From: Vitrella brassicaformis CCMP3155
Lineage: Eukaryota; Protista; Chromerida
Length of the DNA: 47,310 nt
Assembly: GCA_001179505.1 (NCBI GenBank)
Contig: CDMY01000583.1
Coordinates: 1 to 47,310 of the forward strand
Reading direction: 5' to 3'
This document shows positions 1-10,168 of this stretch, in pieces. The translations under genes were made by a program, and so were the position numbers. Position 1 is the first letter of the stretch, and each line of letters starts with the position of its first letter. Below the pieces are notes generated by a model. That model ran no database searches, had not been told where the DNA came from, and saw nothing but the letters and a program-made list of their open reading frames with translations.

Positions 1-1507
1 GGGCGGGAAGGGAGGTGAGCAAAGTCAACGTCGGCGGTGTACGGTGGTGGCAGGATGTCGGTGCGGTCAGTCTCACTCAGAATCCCTTTGACGGCTGGTC
101 ATCGGATAAGTTCCCATCGATTCACAACCTGGTCATGGGGCTGTCAGGTACGCAATGCATTTCAATGGACAATTCTGGCTGGTCCGTCTTATGTGTGCAT
201 TTCTGTTGTCTGTGAGCTATTCCTCAGTGCCCGACAATATGGATACCTCTTCCGCCTGCGAGCTGATCCGCGAAGGCATCTCATCCATTGTGGATGGCGT
301 GCGGGGCCTGGAGCGTTTAACGCTGTATGTGTATGGCGGCGCCGCTCAGAAGGGGCTCTTATCTGTGACCATTGCATCAACGGACAGTAAGCTGTACATC
401 AGAAGTGGTCTTGGCGTTGCTGCGAGTCGGCTACTGGCAGAGAAGATGCCGAGCAAGATCAAGGAGGTGACGTTTGGCAGACATGTGAGTGCAGCGGACA
501 GAAGGAGCGTTCTGGAGGAGGTGGGGGCGGGGAGGGAGGTTGGCCTCGTCACTGTCGGTGAGCAGTATGGCGCATTGGACGGCTGGCGATCGGATAGCTT
601 CCCATCGATTCGCGGCGTAGCAATTGTGTTGTCAGGTACGCAATGCAGTGTTAGGAGACGATTCTGGCTGGCTCGTTCATCTTATGTGCGTGTTGTGGCC
701 CTGTATGTGTATCGTCACTCAGTGCCGGATGGTTTGGAGGCCTCTGCGGCTGCCGAGCGGATCCGCGACGGCATCTCATCCATCGTCAGTGACGTGCGCG
801 GCCTGGAGCGTTTGACGGTGGATGCATATAGCGGCGCCGGTCAGCAGCGGTCCTCATCTGTGACCATTGCATCAACGGACAGTGAGCTGCACATCTACAG
901 TGCTCTTGGCGTTACTGTGGGACGACTGCTGGCAGAGAAGATGCCGAGCAAGGTCAAAGAGGTGATGTTCGAGCCAACAGTGAGTCCAGAAGGCAGAAGG
1001 AGCGTGCTGGAAGGCCTGGGCGTGGAGAGGGAGGTGGGCACTGTTCGCCTAACGGGGCCTTCGGTGAGTCTCACTGAGGGTGCATTGGACGGCTGGCAAT
1101 CGGACAACTTCCCATCGATTGGCCATGTGCGTATCGGTGAAGCATATACAATGGACGTAGAAGGTATGTACCGGAGCAGACAATTCTGGCGGCTCATCTT
1201 GTGTATGTGCTTTTGTTGCCGTCTGTGTGTGACTGGTCACTCAGTCCCCAACAACTTGGAGGCCTCTGCAGCTGCCGAGCTCATCCACGGCGGCATCTCA
1301 TCCATCGTCGGTGGCGTGCGAGGCCTGAAGTGTTTGACGCTGAGGGTGCGTGGCAGCAACGCCGCTGACGCCGCCATTCGGCAGCTGCTCCGCACAGAGG
1401 TCTTCGCCCACTTCACCATCGACACACGTGAGAGACGATGGCGTTGGGGACGAAACTTCCGATGGAGTAGTTACGCCATTGAGCTGACTGCAACGCGTCG
1501 CTCTTAG
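1..1507 (+). CDS. 3' part of an uncharacterised expanded-family gene (family A, copy 1), 5'-truncated by the window edge, with internally repeated exon/intron modules
   Basis: ORF 155-1507 repeats 'GALDGWxSDxFPSI', 'VPDGLEASAAAExIRDGISSIVxxVRGLERLT' and 'RLLAEKMPSKxKEV', which recur in the genes at 35-37 kb, 39-42 kb and 45-47 kb. GT-AG introns at 148-227, 636-722 and 1164-1244; stop TAG at 1505-1507. Confidence 0.75.
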
Positions 1508-2170
1508 GGGGTGAGGACAGAGCAATGAATCCTTGCCTTCACATACTGTGTGTGTGTGGCCGCTGGGTCAGGCTGTCTGTCGAAGAGGCAACGAGATAGA
1601 TAGATAGATGGATGGATGGACCATTTGCCGCTGAGTGTGTCGGCTGATGCGGCCTTTCCACACACACACCCCACACACCAACACTCGCGTCATGGGCTGA
1701 CGGAACTTACACAAGTGTGCATGCGCGGGGGCTGTGTAATTGGCAGAGAAGCGTTCTCTTGACTACCTCTGTCGACTGGCATGGCCCATCCCGCACACAT
1801 TCACATGCCGCAAGACACAATGAGAGTATTGGTGCTAACAGAGACATATACATACGGAGGCCATCACTGTGAGTGTATGTGTGTGTATGGGAGACTTGGG
1901 AGGGGGTGCGTTTTTTTAGCTGTCGCGGTGTGCACACGCCTGGTTTTGTGCCACAGGGACGGGATAGGCGCATTCAAACGGAATGCCGCCATGTCCATGT
2001 GAATGTGTGTATGTGTGTGTGTCGAAATAGCTGGTGGGTGGAATGACGGACACATGGATGGACGTCTCGTCGTTTTATCTATCGACTGGTTGACTTCCGT
2101 GTGTGTGAATGTGTGCAGCTGTGCTTATTGCATCCATCCGTTGACACACATGCAGTCGACAACCGTCCAC
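1508..2170. repeat. Conserved 3' flank of family A genes (homologous, inverted, to ~34500-35138 and ~38740-39358)
   Basis: Shared blocks 'caggctgtctgtcga', 'gggataggcgcattcaaacggaatg' and 'tagctggtgggtggaatgacgga', with their reverse complements in the other two copies. Confidence 0.75.
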
Positions 2171-3093
2171 TCACACACGACACACAGGCGCACTGGACGC
2201 ACTCAGACTGACAGGCTATGGGAGGTGCATGACGAGTCACAGAGCACCTGGCTTACCCACACCCACACACACGTAAAAATACCCTTCCCTGAGTGAGGAG
2301 TGAGTGCGTGTCGTCATGTCGTCATACGATATATGTCTGGGCAATACTGTGTTGTGTGTGTGGAGGGTGGATCATGGCTGATGGGCTGGAGGTGCTGACC
2401 TCCAAACCATCACCCATAAACCTCCCCCTACCAACCAACACAGAATCACCACTCCGACGGAAGTCCCAACAGACGAAGCTCCCGCCTTCCCCACCCTCCC
2501 CCCCTCTCCCCTGTTACCCTTTTCTCAGAACTAGCACGAGTAGTCTGTCTATTCACAGGCAGGGCGGGGCCACTGACACTTGAGAAACCGAGCAGCCCCG
2601 CCCGTACGGATCGCCGAGACCGACTGCCTGACTCTCTAGGCATTCACTCCTAGTCAAATGACGCACAAGCAGTCCGTCTGTCTGTCTGTCTGTCGTATGC
2701 ACACCCTCCCCACCCTGAAACCCCTTCTGTGTGACTGTACAGGATTAAGCAGGGGCCGCTGGGAGACAGCGGGGCAGGGAGGAGGTAAGCTACGGCTACC
2801 AAAGGGAGGAGGATGGCTGCCTCTCAATGGCTGGGTAGCTGTACACTCGAGAGGCAGCAGATCCCTCCAGACCGACCGGCCGGCCGTGTCTTGTCTCTGT
2901 GTGGCTGGCGAAAAATGCGGGAACAGAGACAAACACACACGCTCTGGTACGTTGTGTTGTTACCTAAGCACTAGGCAGCCATACACCCATCACACACACA
3001 CACACACACACACCCCACCGCAGGCACCAACATTACTCAACTAGGCAAAAAGCCTCTCGTCCGTCTGTCTATCTGTCTCTTTTGCTAACACCC

Positions 3094-6000
3094 TCACTGC
3101 CCCCCGCTCCCCTGCCCCTCTGCCGATGAGCTGGCCGACGGCTCCGAGGGATGCATGACAGCAGCAGGGTGGCCGGGCGGCATCTCCTCTCGGCCTACTG
3201 GTGGTGTTGGCGCCGGTGGTCGGGCTGGTCGGTGGCACTGACCCCCGCCGGCCTTTTTCGCCGCCCCGTCCTCATCCTCCGACAGCACAATCACGTCACT
3301 GCTGCGCACCACAGGCCGTTGCAGCTGTCGACGGCGGCTGCGAGACCGGGGTGCCGATGATGTGGGGGCGGGTGGCCGCTCGTCGTGGTCCTCCTCGTGC
3401 TGCGAGTCAGAATAGTCGAAGCAGCCGTCGTTGCCGTCGTGGGACGGGTGGAAGGGCTCCATCGCCACTTGGGGGACCAGGTCGCCAGTGGCCCTCTCAC
3501 TTGTAAGCGTGAAGGGCGGGCGCACTCGCGCGGACAACTGAGTGTGGTCGAAGCGGTGGCTGCTCGGAGCTTCTTCCGGGGCGTGGTCATCGTCCATATC
3601 GAGTGACCCACCCGTTGCCCGTCCATCGCCCTTGTCGGGGCCTCCGTGGCGGCCAGCGTCATTGACGAGCGGAGGGGCGGAGAGAGAGAGGGGGTGCAGA
3701 GGAAGGGGCGGCTCGTGTTGGTCGTCCTCGGCCTCCTCGTGGTGCGGTGGTGGCGTCTCCGTCTTGTCTGCGTGTGCATCTGCCGGCTGCCCCTCTCCCC
3801 TGGCGGCATCGTCGGTGCCGCCATCGCCCTCATGCTCGCCCAGCTGCTGCCGCTCGATGGCCACCTCGTCGTCGAGGCCATGTCGGGTGTCGGATCCGTC
3901 ATCGGCAGCCTGGCGGCTGTTTGTGTCCTCATTCTCGTTCTCATCCTCATCCTCACCCTCATGGTCATCGTCATTTGCCGACTCAACCTCGCCCTCGTCC
4001 ATGCCACCCGCTGCAGCAGTGTCCTGATGCTCGGAGGCCCCCATCTGCGGCCGTCTCGGTCGCCGTGAGCGTGACCAGCTGCTGCGGCGTCGCCTGCCCC
4101 GGCCAATGCCCCTGCCCCTGCCCCTCCCAGATGTGCCGGCGGCTGTTGCCGGGCGGTGTGCAGGGGGAGGATTCTCGATGAGCGGCGAGCCATCTGGCTG
4201 CCGCTTCTTGGTGATGAAGCGGCCGTCAGGGCCGCGGATGCGACCCTTCTTGTCCTGCTGCTTGTCAGGCTTGGCCTTGCCGCTGCTGTCTCGGCTGTTT
4301 GGACCCTCCTTGTTGGCTGGCGACGACGCCACTGTCATCTCGGAGGCCTGATCAGTGTGCGAGTGGGAGTGGGGGTGGCAGTTGGCCTTCTTGTGCTTCT
4401 TGCTCGAGTTGCTGTCGGCCACGGCGAGGTTGGTCTCCTCGAGCTTGCGGCGAGACCGGGTCATCCTCACTGCATCTGACGCCCATTCGTCGGCAGCAAC
4501 AGGGAGGGAGGGCTCCTCGGTGGACTCGGCTGCAGCTGCTGCTGCGTTGGCCTCCTCTCCCTCTCCCTCCCCTCCCTCTCCCCCATCGGCCATCATTCGG
4601 CTGAAGATCTCCTTGGACGTGCGGGCGACGCTCCTGCCGCCCTCGCCGAGCTGGGTGCCGGCACCGAACCCCTCTATGGCGCTCTCTATCACTCCCAGAA
4701 ACGAGGGTGACACATCTCGGTCCCGGCCGCCATGGGCACGATTGCCACTACAACCACCCTCACCATACTGTGGGTAGTGGCCCTGGATAGGTGGGACCAC
4801 CTCGGCGGCCGATGCCGCCCGCCGCCTTCTGCCCCCTTTGCCGCCCCGGCCCCTCCCCCTGGCTGACCGGCCCCTGCCCGCCGACGCACCGGACTTGGGG
4901 CGTTTGGAGGGCGGCCGGCTGGCTTTCCTCAAGGGCTGCGTGTCGATGGCATCGTCAGGGTGGGGGCTCTCTGCCGCCTCCAGTGCCTGGGAGTTGTTGT
5001 GCCGCCGTGTGCGTGAGGATGCGAGGGTGGGGACGCTGGCTGGCGACATGTCCACATCGGCGTCGTGGGACAGCGGCGGGATGGCCTCGGACTCCTCCTC
5101 CTCCTCACCACCACCACCCGGCTCCTTGTGCTCGTGCCGGGCCTTCCATCGGTCGGCCCGCTGCTCGCACTTCTCAAAATACTGCATGGCCGCGGCGCGG
5201 GCCACCTGGCGGCCCCCCCAATCGTGGCTGCGGAAGTGGCGCGTCGCCATGCGGAACTCCGGCGGGTCGTGGCACACCAGCCGCTTGCCCGTGGCCTGCC
5301 GCTTGGTCGGCCGCGTCACGCAGTACGCCTCGCTCACACAGTCCCATGATATCGTCACCTCGGGCGACAGCTGACGGTCCATTGCCGCTGCTGCTGCCGA
5401 TGAGTTGCTCCTTTTGCGCCTGGCGCGGAGGCCCAGCTGTCTGAGCACCGCTGGTGGGTGTGAGCAGAGAGTCGGGACTCGCCAGGGAGAGCCGCCACCT
5501 CTTCGTGGGTCGGCACACGGGGCCGGGGGCGGTGCCGAGTCGTGTGTGCTGGTGGGGTTAATTCGGGAGGGGAGGGCGTAGGTCCAGCTGTGCTTGTAGT
5601 GGACCGACTGAGGGCAGAGAAGGCGGAGAAATGACGAGCCATGTGTGCATGTGTCTGTGTGGGAGAGCATGGGCTGCTCTGCTCACCGTGAGGTTGAGTC
5701 GCTTCTCTTGCCCTCCATTAAGGTATCTTACTTTGATCTGCACGCACACAGCAACCACACAGACGCTTCGATGGTGTCTTGTCATGTGTCTGTAAGGTGT
5801 CTGTGTGTGCAGACCTCTGTGGGTTTGTGCTGCCTGGCAGCGTATCTCCAGACCTCCAGCACTACCGCATCGTCATAGCCCTTGTTAGAATCCGACCACA
5901 CGCACACCACCGAACCTGGACCACGCACACACATTGTCGCCATCCATCCATCCATCCATCTATCTCTTGTCGTCATGTACCTGGCTGCAGCGTGTTAGCG

Positions 6001-7258
6001 GCGGTGGCGGTGGTGGTGCTTTGCTCGAAGCCCTCTGGGCGAAGGCGGAACATCCCACTAGAGGGGGAGAGGCAGGCGCGCTCACACGCATCTGCAATAA
6101 CAACCACCACACCACACACTACAGCGGCTTCATGGCTGATTCTCATCCCTCCCTCTCTCTCTGCGAGCCTTGGTTGCTGACCTTCGTCGTCGCCGATGAA
6201 TCGTTCTGTCGAGCAGATGACCTCCTTGGAGCCGACGGGAGAGCCCTTGCGCGACTTGCTGCCACCCGACGTGGCCGGGGTGTCCACACAGATCTGACAA
6301 CCACAACATCACACACACACGGAAAGGACGGACGTCTTCATCTGGGTGTGGGTGTTGTTGGGGATCTCACTCTGACGGCGTCGGTGGCTGCAGCAGCAAT
6401 GGTGCCGTCGCGCCACTTGACCTGGCCGCCACAAAAACCGCTGATCGAAACACATACAGATGATGATCGTGAGAATGTCCGTTGTTTGTATGTGCCCCTC
6501 TTCGCGGCTCACCATGCGACCTGCACGAGCTGTCCGGGCACAAGTAGAGCCCTGCTGGCACCCGCCCTCCTCTCCCAGCCACACCCCTCCCTCCCCCCAC
6601 CAGCAGCCGCCGACCGGTCCGGCGGGTCTCGCTGCTGCTCTGCCGTACTACCGCCACTGGCATGCTGCTGCTGCTGCCTTTGGTCGTCTCGCTGTTGGGT
6701 GTGGGTGTGTTCGTGTCTGATGAGCTTGATGGGCCTGTACTGCTGCTGCATGGCGATGTCCATGAAGGGCAGAGGGAGGGGGGGAGGGGGCATCGACATG
6801 GACGAAGGAGAGGCTACCACTGCGCCAGACTGCTGATGACGGCAAGAAGACCCCTGCACACAACAGAACCAACCACCCACCCACAGACACACGCATGAGC
6901 GAGTCAAGCGGTGTTGCCCTTTGGTGTGTAGTCGCCCACTTTGTGTGCCGGCGTGTCGTCGCCGGGCAGAGGGATCACGTCGCCATGGCTGAACGACACT
7001 GAAGGAGAGCGGTGGCCGCCAGCCAGAGAGTCGGGCGTCCACCCGCCAGAACTCGCCGCAGCCATGATAGACGCAGCGAACGGCTCGATGGTCATCTGAA
7101 AGAGACACACGCCAGCAACCAACCAATCAACGCACCCGAGTCGCACCTCGCCAGCTGACCTCTGTGCCGTGGTGTCCTGCTATGGGCAGCATGGGTCCTG
7201 CCGCCAATGGCATCATCTTCTTGACTACTGCCGCTGCCGCTGTGCCGTCGGTGGTCAT
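3094..7258 (-). CDS. Multi-exon putative chromatin/transcription regulator: two Tudor-like barrels, an ApiAP2-like DNA-binding domain and a long acidic/basic disordered tail
   Basis: Phase-consistent manual splicing gives ...LLVPGQLVQVACGFCGGQVKWRDGTIAAAATDAVR|ICVDT... and LQPGSVVCVWSDSNKGYDDAVVLEVWRYAARQHKPTE|IKVRYLNGGQEKRLNLT|SVHYKHSW, which joins the 858-aa ORF 3094-5670. The start codon (MTTDGT, 7258) and the exact 3' end are less certain. Confidence 0.65.
5161..5361 (-). other. ApiAP2/AP2-like DNA-binding domain
   Basis: EVTISWDCVSEAYCVT-(~20 aa insert)-MATRHFRSHDWGGRQVARAAAMQYFEK fits the ApiAP2 pattern VxWxxxxxAWxA...xFSxxKYGxxxAxxxAxxx. Recognised by eye. Confidence 0.65.
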
Positions 7259-7539
7259 CCCGGGGGGGAATGCATATGCATGCTGCTCAGCGACGGACGT
7301 CGGCAACAACCTCACGCCGCCTCACGCGCGACATGCAAGTTTCGTCGCGGTCATGACAGGCGGCGAAATCCGGTCAGGCGGCATGGCCTCGTCATCGTGA
7401 GATGTGTGCCGTCATCTACCTCGCTCTCTTCGTCCCCCCTCCTCACTGCGAGCTTCGCCTCTGCAGGCTAAGCTGCAAAAGGTCGCCGCATTCAGCCTTC
7501 CCTCGTGATCCCCCATCGCCCCGACGTTCATCACTTCTG

Positions 7540-8692
7540 ATGCCCATGCTGCAAAACACGCAGCAGCAGCGGCAGCAGCAGGAGGAGGAGGAGGCAGATC
7601 GGTACGACCACCCGGTTTCTTACCTCTTCGTCGGCCGCCGGACCTTGTTTCTGCTCAGCATAGAGGACACATTGCGGCTGAGAGGCACCTGCAGATGGCT
7701 GAGAAACCTCTTCAGAGCGCCTCAGCTGCGGCAGCGGCTCACCCACACCCTCAGTACACAGACGGGACTGCTGTGCTTCGACGATGAGGAGATGGGTGTG
7801 GCCGATCTGCTGGCGGCTGTGAGCGTGATGGAGGTGGGGGGCGACTGGTGTGAGGTGCGGGAGGCCCTCGAGCTGGCGGAGCAGTGTGGGTATTGTCAGC
7901 TGCCGGTCGTCCTCACTGCCGCTGACCTCCACCGACACACTAACATGGCGGTAAGGCACATGAGAGAGAGAGGCGGGGAAGGGAACAAGGATCGGCTCAT
8001 TATTGTGTGCTGTCATCGTGTTCTTGTGTGTGGCGTCTGCGTGTGTGCAGGCGTATTTGGCTGGGCCACGTGTGTTGGCTCAGCTCAAGATGGTCGGCCA
8101 TTATATTGGCTTCCCCAACAACGACGCAACTTTCGAGCTGTTCCAGCATGGCGATCAGCTGCGGGCGATTAAGGACCAGAGTGGCTTCGAGCTGACAATT
8201 GACCCACCTCTCCCGGCCAACCACCTCTACCAGCAGCGCCGCCTCGCCCACAACCCGCCCGTCAGCAGCCGGTTTGGGTGGAACATTTTTGATCGTTGGC
8301 GCGGCTCACGTGGTCATCATGAGGCCATCACGGATCCTTCGGTATCGTCCTTTGTTAAGAGGAACATCTTCGAGCACTTTTTCCGCAGTCGTGGGACTTC
8401 GTCGATTGGCGGACAAATCACCAGGTCAGGCAGCTGATGAGGTTGTGTGTGTGTGTGTGTGTGTATGTGTGTGGGTGCTTGTCGGCGGATGATCAGGGAA
8501 ATGGGGGATGATCGGCTGCATAGACTGCTCGAAGAGTCCCCACACGAGCCGGTGGACAACTGCACTCTGGCCATCCCATTCCATTCGGACAATTGCCTGC
8601 ATTACTATCTCCGGCTGACCCCCGCCGGCCACCCATTCCTCACAATGATCAGCATGTCATCGGAGCCCAATGACAGCGGTCAGCGGTGCTAA
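7540..8692 (+). CDS. Uncharacterised 3-exon gene (lineage-specific family B-type hypothetical protein)
   Basis: Exons 7540-7950, 8051-8424 and 8497-8692 have GT-AG boundaries and matching phases (NMA|AYLAGPRVLAQLKMVG...; TR|EMGDDRL). Ends at TAA. No catalytic motif recognised. Confidence 0.7.
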
Positions 8693-10168
8693 ATCACACG
8701 AGAGAGAGAGAGAGTCGATATGCCGGTAAACCATTCTTTTCTTCTGTCCTTCTCTCGTTGACCTGTCTGTCTGTCTGTCTGTCTGTCTGCAGTGGTGGCT
8801 CTGCTTTGGACAACCGAGCGCCCTGTCGTCGCCCAGGGTGGCTACAAGGATCTCCACCAACAGACCGCCGCCCTGGCACCTGTAATGTTGGGGCCTGTGA
8901 TCGCACCGATCATCCTAGGTGGCTGACCAGTGAGTGTGGACAGGACAGTTGTGGTGATCCATATGGCAGCGTAGGCAGCGCAGAGAACTGGCAGGCACGA
9001 GTTGAGCAAGGGAATGAGACAACGGGCTGAGAGGAGAGGAGACGAAGCAGACAGACAGACAGACAGGCAGGCAGGCAGGCTGTGCGTGTGTTGTCTGATC
9101 ATCCATGTGTGTGAGAGCAAGTGATGTGGTGCTGAGGGCCTGTTGACGGGAGAGGCGCGGTGCGTGTGTGAGAGAGCGAGAGGAGTGCGAGTGGATGACG
9201 CATGCTCTGCTGACTGCGACTGTTGTGTGCCACTGTGTCGATCATGCACAGGGTGCTTCTGCTCGTGCGTGTGTGTGTGTGTGTGTCTGAGTCTGTCGAC
9301 TCGACGCTATGGGTCTCTCTGTGAATGCCACTTTATTGATCATGCCGCCCCAGACCTGCGCACATAAGGAGAGTTTCTCACACTCTCCTCCATCAGCAGA
9401 GATGGACGATGGATGAAACGGCAGATTCGGACACGCTACCACCACAACGGCTCAGCCGCTCTCGTCTGCATGCGCCGCCAGGCTTCCCTCCCCTTCAGCT
9501 CAGGTCACTTTTGAGATCGCATGTTGGATCGCTCGCGCGGCATTTTTGAGACTCTGGGCGCCATAGCTGTTCATTCTGAGCGAGGATCGCTCCATTTCAG
9601 CGAGAGCAACCCGAAAACCTGCCAGAACTCCGTTGCCTTGCTGCGGTCATCGTCATCGAGCGGCGTACGGTAGCTTGTGAGGTGCCTCGTCGACACCCGA
9701 GGGCATCTCAGTGAGTGCGGAGCTGTTGGGACTCTTGCTGGAGAAAGCGGCGATTTCAGCTTCCCTCTCTCTCTCTCTGGGGCTTGCTTGTGGATGGGAT
9801 GCAGCTGAGTGAGCAGAGCTGATGTGGCTGAAGCAAGACTGAAGGCGGCTTGTTATCGGCCTTACTCGTGCTGCGGCTGCTGGTGCTGCTGCTGTATCGC
9901 TGTGGTGGCTCTGTGGCTCTGTGGCTTGATACAGGTCGCTGCTCTGCCAACCACCTCTCTCCCTCTCTCTCTCTCTGTGGGAACGGGGAAAGACTTTTTC
10001 TTTGATACTCCACTCGGCCTCGGCTCTGTGGACATCCTCACCAGCTACCTCTCTCTATAAAGGCCTGGACTCTCACTCGTTGAGACCCAAGCCACCCACT
10101 TTATAACAACACAACCAACTGACCGCCTCGACCGCCTCGATTGCTCCACATCTCTCTCTCTCTCTCTA

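Noticed and set aside
2293-3044. ORFs of 96-128 aa between the first two genes
   Set aside because: Made largely of microsatellite translations (THTH, VCLS) with no coherent exon chain.
3151-5444. Many long plus-strand ORFs overlapping the AP2 gene
   Set aside because: Antisense shadow ORFs of a GC-rich coding exon, with no motifs.
8686-10060. Possible small minus-strand gene (hydrophobic ORF 8842-9249, ORF 9756-10013)
   Set aside because: I could not build a phase-consistent stop-free model or recognise a domain; left unannotated.
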